From contig SCUE01000028.1 in NCBI GenBank assembly GCA_004297775.1, positions 64,704 to 128,703 of the forward strand: a DNA stretch of 64,000 nucleotides, in the 5' to 3' direction. Below, piece after piece: positions 19,375 to 28,771 of the stretch. The notes under the pieces were generated by a model that was not told the origin of the DNA, made no database searches, and was given only the letters and a program-made list of their open reading frames with translations. Position 1 is the first letter of the stretch. Every line of letters starts with the position of its first letter. The translations under genes and the position numbers were made by a program. The stretch comes from Chloroflexota bacterium (GTDB taxonomy: Bacteria; Chloroflexota; UBA6077; FW602-bin22).

Positions 19375-19779
19375 TTAGGTTTCCGCCAAGGCGACGAACT
19401 CGGCGGGCAGATTGGGAATCCGGACGAAGTGGCGATCGGAGGTCACCAGTGTCAGGTCGTGTTCCATCGCTGACGCGGCGATCCACATGTCGTGCGTGGG
19501 GATCGGTGTGCCGGCTTGACGAAGAACCCGGTGGACGTCCGCGAATCGCTCCGCGGTCGGGTATCCCATTGCCACGATGGTCACGCGTGGGCTGGCGACG
19601 AAATCTCGAAACAACCGACGATTCCGAGTCTCGCGCGTGCCGGCGGCGAATCCGCTGAGCAATTCGCCCACTATCACGGCATTGGGTGCCATGCGATCGG
19701 CGGTCCTGACGAGATCGATCGCGCGTCCGTCTCCTCGCATCAGCGCCGAATAAGCCGACGCATCGAGCAGGATGCTCAC
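19375..19779 (-). CDS. vapC: PIN-domain ribonuclease toxin VapC
   Basis: ILLDASAY...AVIVGELL...THDMWIAASAMEHDLTLVTSDRHF, the PIN acidic residues. Overlaps the upstream antitoxin stop by 4 nt. Confidence 0.85.
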   Translation of the reverse strand: MSILLDASAYSALMRGDGRAIDLVRTADRMAPNAVIVGELLSGFAAGTRETRNRRLFRDFVASPRVTIVAMGYPTAERFADVHRVLRQAGTPIPTHDMWIAASAMEHDLTLVTSDRHFVRIPNLPAEFVALAET

Positions 19780-20048
19780 GCCCAGAGCTCATCCTCGATC
19801 TTCCGCGTCGTTGAAAGCCATCGGTCGAATGCGCCGGCCTCGGACACAGTCCACTGACCGATCAGATGATCGAGATCGTTGTGATCGGCTGGTGCATCCT
19901 CGGATCGAGAGTCGGAGGTGGAAACTGTCGCGTCATGCGGAAGTCCAAGTACGACCTTGTTCACGCTAACCCCTCGTCGGCGCGCTTCCGCGCTGAGAGC
20001 ATGGGACAAGCGCTCGTCAAGACCTCGAACGGTCAACTGCTTCACCAT
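19776..20048 (-). CDS. vapB: VapB-type antitoxin (ribbon-helix-helix/FitA-like)
   Basis: MVKQLTVRGLDERLSHALSAEARRRGVSVNKVV. Start at ATG 20048 inside the longer track ORF. Confidence 0.65.
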   Translation of the reverse strand: MVKQLTVRGLDERLSHALSAEARRRGVSVNKVVLGLPHDATVSTSDSRSEDAPADHNDLDHLIGQWTVSEAGAFDRWLSTTRKIEDELWA

Positions 20049-20164
20049 CTTGTCCGTTCCTTGCTGACGCGACCGCCGCATCTCACATCCACGGTCGATT
20101 CTACGGCGCCGGCGATCGAGGGGTGGGCGAGGCGCCGGCCATCCCAGGCCGTGGGGAAGATCGA

Positions 20165-21370
20165 TCAGTACGCAATCGCGACCTGCGATCCGCCGCTGGC
20201 GGCGCTGGCGAGAATCGCGTCGCAGATGACCGACGCGCGGTAACCGTCCTCGAACGTCGCGCCGTGGGGTGCGATCGGCTTGTCATTCACGATCGCGTCA
20301 AAGAAATGGTGCACCTCGTGAACGAACAGATGCTCCCAGCCGATCACGTGACCGTGCGGCCACCAGACATTCCAGAACGGGTGGTAGCTCTCGGTCACCG
20401 AGATATTCGTGAAGCCGACCAGTTCCTTCGAAGCGTGCTCGTCCGGTAGATAGACCTCCAGCTCGTTCAGCCGTTCGAGATTGAACGCGATCGATCCCTT
20501 CTCGCCGTTGATCTCGATGCGATTGGCGTTCTTGCGGCCGCGCGCGAAGCGCGAGGCTTCGAGCGTTCCCAGGGTGCCGCTCGCGAAATCGACTAGTGCG
20601 ACGAACGCGTCGTCGACGTCGACCTTCTCGCGCTTGCCCGGTGTGTCGGCCGACGGTCGATCGGTGATGAACGTGCGTGTCAGAGCGTTGACCGTCTTCG
20701 GCTCGCCAACGAGGTACCGAGCGAGGTCGATGATGTGCGCGCCGAGGTCGCCGAGCACGCCGGAGCCGGCGCGCGCCTTTTGGAGGCGCCAGACGGCCGG
20801 GAACTCCGGATCGGTGATCCATTCCTGCAGATACGTCGCCCGAAAGTGGCGAATCTTGCCGAGCTTGCCCGCGTCGACGATGTCGCGCGCCAGGCGAATC
20901 GCCGGAACGAAACGGTAGTTGAAAGCACAGGCGTGCTTGACGCCCGCCTTCGTGACCGCGTCGAGCATCCGCTTGGACTCGGCGGCATTCCGGCCGAGTG
21001 GCTTCTCGCAGATGACGTGCTTGCCGGCCTCGGCCGCGGCGATACACGGCTCAGCATGGAGATCGTTCGGCGCGCCGTTGTCGAAGACCTGGATCTCCGG
21101 ATCGGTGACCATGTCCTGCCAGCGTTGGTAGGTCTTGGCGTAGCCGTAGCGGCGCGCGGCCTCGGCGGTCGCGGCCTGATTCCGACCGGCAATCGCGACC
21201 AGTTTCGGACGCGCCGGCGGCGGCCAGAAGATGTACGGCATCTTGATGAAAGCGTTGCTGTGCGCCTTGCCCATGAAGGCGTAGCCGAGCATCCCGACGC
21301 CGAGCGACGGTATCTCGCCCTCGGCCGAGCGCGCCTCACCCATCGTGACGAATCCAATCCTGTCAGCCAT
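20165..21370 (-). CDS. Gfo/Idh/MocA-family oxidoreductase
   Basis: GVGMLGYAFMGKAHSNAF and AGKHVICEKPLGRN motifs; 401 aa. Confidence 0.85.
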   Translation of the reverse strand: MADRIGFVTMGEARSAEGEIPSLGVGMLGYAFMGKAHSNAFIKMPYIFWPPPARPKLVAIAGRNQAATAEAARRYGYAKTYQRWQDMVTDPEIQVFDNGAPNDLHAEPCIAAAEAGKHVICEKPLGRNAAESKRMLDAVTKAGVKHACAFNYRFVPAIRLARDIVDAGKLGKIRHFRATYLQEWITDPEFPAVWRLQKARAGSGVLGDLGAHIIDLARYLVGEPKTVNALTRTFITDRPSADTPGKREKVDVDDAFVALVDFASGTLGTLEASRFARGRKNANRIEINGEKGSIAFNLERLNELEVYLPDEHASKELVGFTNISVTESYHPFWNVWWPHGHVIGWEHLFVHEVHHFFDAIVNDKPIAPHGATFEDGYRASVICDAILASAASGGSQVAIAY

Positions 21371-21465
21371 GTTTCATCTCCTTGTGTTGTCCGCAATCGT
21401 CAGGACTATTGGGGGCCCCTCCGACTGCGCTCCGCGTGAGCGCCGCGGCGGAGCGGATGGAGCTA

Positions 21466-21873
21466 CTACGGAACAATCACCTCGACAATCCCGAAACTTC
21501 GCTCGGCCAGCTGCGTGTCGAAGGTCACGAGCGGCACTTCGTGGCGTAGGGCGACCGCGACGTAGATCGCGTCGGCGCCGCGCAGCCTGAGGTGGGCGGC
21601 CAGATTCGCCGCCATCTCACCTAGCTCCGCATCAACCGGCACGATCTGGATTCCCGGCATTGCAGAGACTCTGGAGGCCGCGTTCACACCTTGATCCGTG
21701 TCGCCGGTTTGCCGTGCCACGGCTCCGGCAATCTCCGCCAGAGCGTGCGCGGGGATCCGCGGAGACCATCCTGGGCGCATTCGCTCGCGGCCGAACCACA
21801 CTCCGGCGCGAGCATTCATCCGATCCGTCGACAAGAAGGCGCTGATCCAAACACTCGCATCAATGACGATCAA
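21466..21873 (-). CDS. vapC: PIN-domain toxin VapC (second copy, unrelated sequence)
   Basis: LIVIDASVWISAFL...DAIYVAVALRHEVPLVTFD. TTG 21871-21873 overlaps the antitoxin TGA (TTGA). The track ORF start at 21927 would overlap the antitoxin gene by 58 nt. Confidence 0.75.
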   Translation of the reverse strand: MIVIDASVWISAFLSTDRMNARAGVWFGRERMRPGWSPRIPAHALAEIAGAVARQTGDTDQGVNAASRVSAMPGIQIVPVDAELGEMAANLAAHLRLRGADAIYVAVALRHEVPLVTFDTQLAERSFGIVEVIVP

Positions 21874-22169
21874 AGCTCGCGACGCACATCGCGCACGGCA
21901 TCGACCGCTGATATACCCTCCGGCCATCGCTCAGTGATTCGTTCGCCCAGGGCCTGCATCCCGGACCACCATTCGTCCATCGCTCGCTTTCGTTCCTCCG
22001 CCGACATTGGCGGCGGAACCAGCCTGGGCGAAACCTCCGGCGTCGCCGGCACCAACCGCGCGACCACCCGGCCGTGGTACGTGACATTGATCGACTCGCC
22101 CTCTTCACGGACGGACCGGACCAAAGCGCTGGCGTCATTCTTCAATTCGCGAATGCCAACCTGTCGCAT
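21870..22169 (-). CDS. Phd/YefM-family antitoxin
   Basis: MRQVGIRELKNDASALVRSVREEGESINVTYHGRVVARLVP, the typical Phd/YefM N-terminus. Confidence 0.75.
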   Translation of the reverse strand: MRQVGIRELKNDASALVRSVREEGESINVTYHGRVVARLVPATPEVSPRLVPPPMSAEERKRAMDEWWSGMQALGERITERWPEGISAVDAVRDVRREL

Positions 22170-22277
22170 CGTTCGCCTCTGTGGCTACAAATCTGGCTAC
22201 ATTCTACGAGACAGAGCCGATAGTCTCCGGACAATCACGATTGTCACAATCGCAATTTTCGGGACCGGACCCGGTCG

Positions 22278-23276
22278 CTACCGCTGGAACGCCGCGTCGA
22301 ACGCGACATTCGACGAAGGGAAATCGAAGGTGCGCGTGAACCGGACCGCCTCGGCCGCGCCGTGCTCGCGATCCATGCCCGAGTCCTCCCACTCGACCGA
22401 GAGCGGGCCCGAGTAGCCGATCCGATTCAGCGCCCGCGCGATCGGCTCGAATTGCACGTCCCCGTGGCCGGGCGACACGAAATCCCAGCCTCGGCGCCGA
22501 TCGCCGAAGTTGAAGTGCGAGGCCAGGACGGAGTTCGTGCCGTCCAGATTCGACTTCGCGTCCTTGACGTGCACGTGGTAGATCCGGTCGGCGAACTGGT
22601 GAACGAAGCGAGCCGGATCGACCGACTGCCAGACCAGGTGGCTCGGGTCGAAGTTGATGCCGAACTCGGGCCGTCGGCCGATCGCCGCCAGCGCGCGTTC
22701 GGTGGTGTGCGCGTCGTAGGCGATCTCGCTCGGGTGCACTTCGAGCGCAAACCTGACGCCGTGCTGGCCGAACTCGTCGAGGATCGGGTTCCAGCGATCG
22801 GCGAACTGCTTGTACCCCGCATCGATCGCGGCCGCGCTCTGCGGCGGGAACGGGAACCAGAGGTGCCAGATCGACGACCCCGTGAATCCGGTGACGGTAT
22901 CGACGCCCAGGTTCCTTGCCGCCTTGGGCGCGGCCAGGCACATCTCGATTGCCCAGGCACGCATGCGAGCGGCATCCCCGCGCCCCTCCGGCGGTCCGTG
23001 GTAGATCGCGTCATGGCGCTCGTCAAGCGGCTCGTCGCAAACGAACTGTCCGGCGAGGTGGATGCTGAACGCCCAGACGTTCAGCCCGTGGCGGGCCAGA
23101 ATCGCCCGCTGACCACGCGCGTAGTCGGCGTCAGCCGCCGCGCGCAGGACGTCGAAATGATCGCCCCAGGACGCGAGTTCGAGGCCATCGTAGCCCCAGG
23201 ATTTCGCCTTCGCGGCGAGAGCATCGAGCGGCAGATCGGCCCATTGACCGGTGAAGAGAGTGACCGGACGTGGCAT
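22278..23276 (-). CDS. sugar phosphate isomerase/epimerase (xylose-isomerase-like TIM barrel)
   Basis: 332 aa with AP-endonuclease-2/TIM-barrel-like pattern (YDGLELASWGDHFD...FALEVHPSEIAYD...YHVHVKD...SVEWED). Confidence 0.8.
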   Translation of the reverse strand: MPRPVTLFTGQWADLPLDALAAKAKSWGYDGLELASWGDHFDVLRAAADADYARGQRAILARHGLNVWAFSIHLAGQFVCDEPLDERHDAIYHGPPEGRGDAARMRAWAIEMCLAAPKAARNLGVDTVTGFTGSSIWHLWFPFPPQSAAAIDAGYKQFADRWNPILDEFGQHGVRFALEVHPSEIAYDAHTTERALAAIGRRPEFGINFDPSHLVWQSVDPARFVHQFADRIYHVHVKDAKSNLDGTNSVLASHFNFGDRRRGWDFVSPGHGDVQFEPIARALNRIGYSGPLSVEWEDSGMDREHGAAEAVRFTRTFDFPSSNVAFDAAFQR

Positions 23277-23359
23277 GATAAACGCTCCTTGATCGCGGTC
23301 GCCGCGCCATTATGCCGCATGGCTCGGATACGATACCGATCGGTCGGGAGGATCCAGCA

Positions 23360-24592
23360 ATGAAAGCAGAGATCATCAGTTGCGGCACCGAGCTTCTGCT
23401 CGGGCACATCGTCGACACCAACGCGGCCTGGCTGGCGCAGCAACTGGCGCCGCTGGGGATCGATGTCTACTACGTCTCCCAGGTCGGCGACAACCAGAGC
23501 CGCGTCGTCGGCCTCCTGAAGACCGCCTGGTCGCGCTCGGACCTCATCATCATGACCGGCGGCATCGGGCCGACTGAGGACGACGCGACGCGCGAGTCGA
23601 TCTCGGAACTGGTTGGCGAGACGATGAGTGTCGATCCGCAACTCGAAGTCGAATTGCGTGGATTCTGGACGCGTCGCGGTCGCCCGATGCCCGAACGCAA
23701 CATCAAACAGGCGACACTCATCCCATCGGCATCGACGCTGCCGAATCCACACGGCACCGCCCCCGGCTGGTTTGTCGAGAAGGACGGTCGGATCATCGTC
23801 GCGATGCCAGGCGTCCCACACGAGATGTACCGTATGTGGAAGGATCAGGCCGAGCCGAAGATCGTCCGCCGTCTCGGCGCCGGCGTCATCCATACGCGCA
23901 TCCACAAGGTGCTCGGCCTCGGCGAGTCGCAGGTCGAGGAGATGATCGACGAACTCATCCACGGCACGAATCCGACCGCCGCCACGTACGCCAAGTCGGA
24001 CGGCATCTATGTGCGCGTCTCGGCCAAGGCCGCGTCGATCGAGGCGGCCGACGGGTTGATGGCGCCGGTCGAGGCGCGGCTGAACGAAATCCTCGGCGAG
24101 CACATCTACGCGCTGGACGACGACACGCTCGTGACCGTTTGCACGCGATTGCTCAAGGAGCGCGGCCACCGACTGGCCGTGTTCGAGTTCAACACCGGCG
24201 GACTCGTCGCCAGCCAGATCACCGACGCGTCCGGGATCGCCGACGTGTTCATCGGCGGCATCGTGCCGTTCTCGGCCGCGATGATGAAGCAGTTCGGCGT
24301 CGACGCGACGACGGTTGACGCGCACGGTCCGGTCTCGATGAAGACCGCGCGAGCGATGGCGACGGCGGCGCGGCACGTCCTGGGCGCGGACGTCGGCCTT
24401 GGTATCAGCGGGACGACCGGCGCCGAGGGCACGACCCGGCAGAATCCCGGCTCGCTCTACCTCGCGGTCGACATCAGCGGCAACGTTCGATCCGAGGAGG
24501 GCGGTATCTTCGGGACCACCGCGGCGCAACTGAAGGCGCGGGCGGCGCTGGCCGCGCTCGATTTCCTGCGCAAGCAGTTGCTGCATTCGTGA
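23360..24592 (+). CDS. cinA: CinA-family competence/damage-inducible protein (MoCF-binding domain + nicotinamide-nucleotide amidase domain)
   Basis: MKAEIISCGTELLLGHIVDTNAAWLA preceded by GGGAGGA. IIMTGGIGPTEDD. Confidence 0.85.
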   Translation: MKAEIISCGTELLLGHIVDTNAAWLAQQLAPLGIDVYYVSQVGDNQSRVVGLLKTAWSRSDLIIMTGGIGPTEDDATRESISELVGETMSVDPQLEVELRGFWTRRGRPMPERNIKQATLIPSASTLPNPHGTAPGWFVEKDGRIIVAMPGVPHEMYRMWKDQAEPKIVRRLGAGVIHTRIHKVLGLGESQVEEMIDELIHGTNPTAATYAKSDGIYVRVSAKAASIEAADGLMAPVEARLNEILGEHIYALDDDTLVTVCTRLLKERGHRLAVFEFNTGGLVASQITDASGIADVFIGGIVPFSAAMMKQFGVDATTVDAHGPVSMKTARAMATAARHVLGADVGLGISGTTGAEGTTRQNPGSLYLAVDISGNVRSEEGGIFGTTAAQLKARAALAALDFLRKQLLHS

Positions 24593-24624
24593 TGGCGAGT
24601 ACGTAACCCAATGGGAGGCGCGCG

Positions 24625-25413
24625 ATGTATCGGCTCGACGGCAAGGTAGCGCTCGTGACGGGAGCGGGACGCGGCATCGGCCGCGCGATTGCGCTGCGTC
24701 TGGCACAGGAAGGCGCCGATGTCGTGATCGCAGACCTCGATGAAGCATCGGCGAAAGCGGTCGCCGTCGAAGCGATGGGCATCGGCCGCCGCGCGCTCGG
24801 GATCGCGGCCGACGTGACCGAAGCGGCGGCGATCGGCGATCTGGTCGCGCGGGCGACGAGCGACGTCGGCGAGATCGACATCCTGGTCAACAACGCCGGG
24901 ATCAACATCATCGCCCCCTTCCTCGAACTGACCGAGAAGCAGTGGGACGCGCTGTTCGACATCAACATCAAGAGCTACTGGCTCTGCGCCAAGGCGGTCG
25001 CGCCGCGGATGATCGCGCGCGGCCAGGGCGGTAAGATCATCAACGCCGCGTCACGGGCCGGGAAGACGCCGTCGCGGCTGTCGCCGACCGGCGCCTACGC
25101 GACGACGAAGCACGCCGTGATCGGCTTCACGCGCGCGCTGGCGTTCGAGCTCGCGCCGCACAGGATCAACGTCAACGCCTACTGCCCGGGCGTCGTCGAT
25201 ACGCCGATGTGGGATCTCATCGATTCCGAGGTTGCTCGCCGTACCGGCGCGCCCCCCGGGTCGACCAAGGCGCGCGCGATCGCCGAGATTCCGCTCGGGC
25301 GCGTCCAGGTTCCGGAGGACGTCGCGAACCTGGTCGCCTTCCTCGCCTCGTCCCAGAGCGATTACATGACCGGCCAGGCGATCAACATCACCGGCGGCAG
25401 CGAGATCCATTGA
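24625..25413 (+). CDS. short-chain dehydrogenase/reductase (SDR)
   Basis: TGAGRGIGRAIA, NNAGI, YATTKHAV catalytic triad context. Confidence 0.9.
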   Translation: MYRLDGKVALVTGAGRGIGRAIALRLAQEGADVVIADLDEASAKAVAVEAMGIGRRALGIAADVTEAAAIGDLVARATSDVGEIDILVNNAGINIIAPFLELTEKQWDALFDINIKSYWLCAKAVAPRMIARGQGGKIINAASRAGKTPSRLSPTGAYATTKHAVIGFTRALAFELAPHRINVNAYCPGVVDTPMWDLIDSEVARRTGAPPGSTKARAIAEIPLGRVQVPEDVANLVAFLASSQSDYMTGQAINITGGSEIH

Positions 25414-25447
25414 GTCTGGCGAGAAGCCGCGTACACGCGGCACTTCG

Positions 25448-25936
25448 TCACTGCGCTGACTGCCGAGACAGGTAGCTCCGCAACCTCGCCGCGTATTGCG
25501 CCCTTTCACTCGGTGTCGTATCGCGTCGTTCGCCGTTGAGAATGTACAGGTCATCACCGTGGTAACGCGGGAATACGTGCAGGTGGTAGTGCCAGACCTC
25601 CTGGTAACCGGCCGGCTCGTTGTGCTGCCGGAATGACGTGCCGTCACATTCGTACGTCGCCCGCATCGCCATCGCGACCAATTTCCCAACGATCTGAACC
25701 GCGCCAAGAATCGAGTCCGGGATGTCGTAGATATTCTCGTAGTGCTCGTTCGGTACGACCAGGACATGACCCGCGTTCCTCGGCCACCAGGCCGACGAGA
25801 TGAACGCAGTGACGTTGCCGTCACGAAAGACGATGTCGGTCTGTTTGGTGTAGTGGTCCCGAACATCCTCGCCCGCGACGACGCGGCAGAATGGGCAGGA
25901 ATGCGTCACCGGTTGGTGGCTGAAATCCACTCGCAT
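25448..25936 (-). CDS. HIT-family nucleotide hydrolase/transferase
   Basis: Histidine triad HYHLHVFPR; CPFC zinc motif near the N-terminus. Confidence 0.85.
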   Translation of the reverse strand: MRVDFSHQPVTHSCPFCRVVAGEDVRDHYTKQTDIVFRDGNVTAFISSAWWPRNAGHVLVVPNEHYENIYDIPDSILGAVQIVGKLVAMAMRATYECDGTSFRQHNEPAGYQEVWHYHLHVFPRYHGDDLYILNGERRDTTPSERAQYAARLRSYLSRQSAQ

Positions 25937-26039
25937 ACCTCGCTTCGAACGCCAGATTGGCCGGATTCATTGCCCTCAGTTCGGTTCCTTGCGGGGGTCA
26001 GCGCCCTCTCGCTCCCACAGGCGCGCTCGACGGCTTCGC

Positions 26040-27329
26040 TCAGATCACCTTCGCCGCGCGCAGCTCGGCGATCCGCTCGGCGGTAAACCCCAGTTCGCTG
26101 AGAACCGTGTCGGTATCGCCACCGAGCGTCGGCGGCGGGCGACGGGCGGACGCGGGAGTCACGGAAAGATCGAACGGCCAGCGGACCATCGGAACGACGC
26201 CGGCGGTCGGATGATCGACTTCGATGACCGCGCCGAGCGCGGCCGCGGCATCCGAGCGAAGCGCCTCGCCGACGGTGTTGATCGGGGCGCAGGGAACGCG
26301 CGCGGCGTCGAGCGCGGCGAGCAACGCCTGGCGCGTCCACCGACCGATGTACTCGCGCAGTCTTGGGACGAGTTCGTCGCGATTCCGAACGCGCCCGGGA
26401 TTTTTCCCGAAGCGCGCGTCCGCCGCCAGATCGTCGGCGCCGAGCGCGCCGAGCAACGCTCGAAATTGCGCGTCGTTGCCGGCCGCGATCGCGATATGCC
26501 CGTCGACGCAGGGAAACGACTCGTACGGCACGATGTTCGGGTGCGCGTTGCCGAAGCGCCGCGGCTCATTGCCCGAAACGAGATACCCGCTCCCCACATT
26601 GATGAGCCAGGCAAGCTGGGCGCCGAAGAGAGAGACATCGATCCGTTGTCCGCGTCCGTCCCGCTCGCGCGCGCGCAGCGCCGCCAGGATCGCGGTCGCC
26701 GCGTACAGACCGGCCGTCACATCGACGATCGCGACGCCCACCTTCATCGGCTCGCCATCCGGTTCACCGGTGATACTCATCAGCCCGCCGATCGCCTGGA
26801 TCGCGAAGTCGTAGCCGGGCCGATCGCGATACGGACCGTTCTGCCCAAACGCGGAGATCGCGCAGTAGATCAGGCGCGGATACCGCTCGCGCAGCGCATC
26901 CCAGCCAAACCCGAGCGCATCGAGCGTCCCGGGTCGGAAGTTCTCGATCAGCACGTCCGCCCGGGCGAGTAATCGATCGAGAATCTCCCGCCCGACCTCG
27001 CTCTTTATGTCGAGCGTGACTCCCCGCTTGTTGCGGTTGACGGCCAGGAAATAGGCCGATTCGTCGCCCGCGAAGGGCGGCCCCCAGCGGCGGGTCTCGT
27101 CGCCGACCTCGGGCAACTCGACCTTGACGACATCGGCGCCAAGATCGCCGAGCGTCATGGTGCAGTACGGCCCGGCCAGGACGCGCGAAAGATCGACGAC
27201 GCGGAGGCCGTCGAGCGCGCCGATCACGGGCGACGCGGAAAGTGGCGGATGTCGAAACGCACTCGAAACACGCCAGCGGCGCCCGTTACGCGCGTCGTTG
27301 GACCCGAGGCATGTGAATCGCCCGATCAT
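26040..27329 (-). CDS. family III CoA-transferase (CaiB/BaiF-like)
   Basis: GLRVVDLSRVLAGPYCTMTLGDLGADVVKVE. Start uncertain: the track start at 27329 overlaps the lpd 3' end, and an in-frame downstream start near 27269 is possible. Confidence 0.8.
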   Translation of the reverse strand: MIGRFTCLGSNDARNGRRWRVSSAFRHPPLSASPVIGALDGLRVVDLSRVLAGPYCTMTLGDLGADVVKVELPEVGDETRRWGPPFAGDESAYFLAVNRNKRGVTLDIKSEVGREILDRLLARADVLIENFRPGTLDALGFGWDALRERYPRLIYCAISAFGQNGPYRDRPGYDFAIQAIGGLMSITGEPDGEPMKVGVAIVDVTAGLYAATAILAALRARERDGRGQRIDVSLFGAQLAWLINVGSGYLVSGNEPRRFGNAHPNIVPYESFPCVDGHIAIAAGNDAQFRALLGALGADDLAADARFGKNPGRVRNRDELVPRLREYIGRWTRQALLAALDAARVPCAPINTVGEALRSDAAAALGAVIEVDHPTAGVVPMVRWPFDLSVTPASARRPPPTLGGDTDTVLSELGFTAERIAELRAAKVI

Positions 27330-28758
27330 CGACCGCCAGCGCGGCCTCGGCGATCGCCTCGGACAGCGTCGGATGCGGATGGATCGCGGCGACGAGGTCC
27401 TCGATCGATGACTCCAGCTTCATCGCGACGACGGCTTCCTCGATCAGGTCACCGGCGCGACTGTGGATGACGTGGACACCGAGGATACGCCCGTACTTTT
27501 CGTCCGCGACGACTTTGACAAACCCCTCGGTGTCGCGTCCGGCAATCGCACGCCCAATCGCCTGGAACGGGAATGTCCCAACCTTGACCGCGCGGCCCTT
27601 CGCACGCGCCTTCGCCTCGGTCAAACCAACTGACGCGGCCTGCGGGATCGTGTAGGTGCAGCTTGGCACCGATCCGTAGTCCATTTCTCGATCGCCGCCC
27701 AGAGCGTTGTCGACCGCGACCTCGGCCTCGGACATCGCGACGTGGGCCAGCATGATCTTTCCCGTCACGTCGCCGACCGCCCAGAGACCGGGTACGTTCG
27801 TGCGCATCTGGGCGTCGACTGCGATCGCGCGGCGATCCATCGTCACGCCGATGCGATCGAGCCCGAGACCCTCGGTGTTCGGCACGCGACCAACCGCGAT
27901 CAGGACGACCTCGGCGTCGATCGCGAGTGACTGACCGTTCACTTCAATACCGACGCGCAGCGCCTCGCCCGCTCGTTCCATGCCGGTGACCTTCGCGCCG
28001 ACCTTGACATCGATGCCCTGGCGCGCGAACGACTTCCCGAGCGCGGCGCCGATGTCGGCGTCCTCCAGCGGAAGGAGCGACGGTAGCATTTCAATCACGG
28101 TCACACGTGACCCAAAGTGGTGGTAGATCGAAGCGAATTCGCATCCGAGCGCGCCGCCGCCAATGACAGCGATGCTTGAGGGTACCGCGTCGAGCGAGAG
28201 CGCCTCGGCCGAGCCGATGACCCCGGCCAGATCGCTGCCTGGGATGGGTGGCCGGGCTTCGCTCGAGCCGGTCGCCAGGATGATGTTCTTGGCCGCGACC
28301 TCGACGCTGCCCTCCGCGCTCGCGACGCGCAAGCGATCGCGCGCCATCAACGTCGCGCTTCCACGAATCAACTCAATGCCGTTCGACTTCACGAGCGCCT
28401 CGACCCCACCGCGCAACTGGCGGATCGTGCGCTCCTTGTGGTTCATGACCGCCGCCCAGTCGAATCCGATCTCGCCGGTGACGCGAATACCGAGCGCGGC
28501 CGAGCTTCGTAGCTCGTGAAGGCGCTCGGCGCTCGCGAGAAGCGCCTTCGACGGGATGCACCCGACGTTCAGGCAGGTACCGCCGAGGTGCTCCCTTTCG
28601 ATGAGGATGACCGAGGCGCCGCCCTGGGCCGCCCGGATCGCCGCAACATACCCTCCCGGTCCGCCACCGACCACCGCGATATCGCACTGTCGCGCCACGT
28701 TGACCCCCACGCGTTCGCTCGCGTCACGCCCCCTGGCCGACGCGGCCCCACCGAGCAT
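27286..28758 (-). CDS. lpdA: dihydrolipoyl dehydrogenase (E3)
   Basis: DIAVVGGGPGGYVAA, redox disulfide GGTCLNVGCIPSK, C-terminal HPHPTLSE. ATG 28758 is chosen because it lies just downstream of the E2 stop; the exact start is uncertain. Confidence 0.9.
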   Translation of the reverse strand: MLGGAASARGRDASERVGVNVARQCDIAVVGGGPGGYVAAIRAAQGGASVILIEREHLGGTCLNVGCIPSKALLASAERLHELRSSAALGIRVTGEIGFDWAAVMNHKERTIRQLRGGVEALVKSNGIELIRGSATLMARDRLRVASAEGSVEVAAKNIILATGSSEARPPIPGSDLAGVIGSAEALSLDAVPSSIAVIGGGALGCEFASIYHHFGSRVTVIEMLPSLLPLEDADIGAALGKSFARQGIDVKVGAKVTGMERAGEALRVGIEVNGQSLAIDAEVVLIAVGRVPNTEGLGLDRIGVTMDRRAIAVDAQMRTNVPGLWAVGDVTGKIMLAHVAMSEAEVAVDNALGGDREMDYGSVPSCTYTIPQAASVGLTEAKARAKGRAVKVGTFPFQAIGRAIAGRDTEGFVKVVADEKYGRILGVHVIHSRAGDLIEEAVVAMKLESSIEDLVAAIHPHPTLSEAIAEAALAVDDRAIHMPRVQRRA

Positions 28759-28771
28759 CCGTGCTCGGCGC

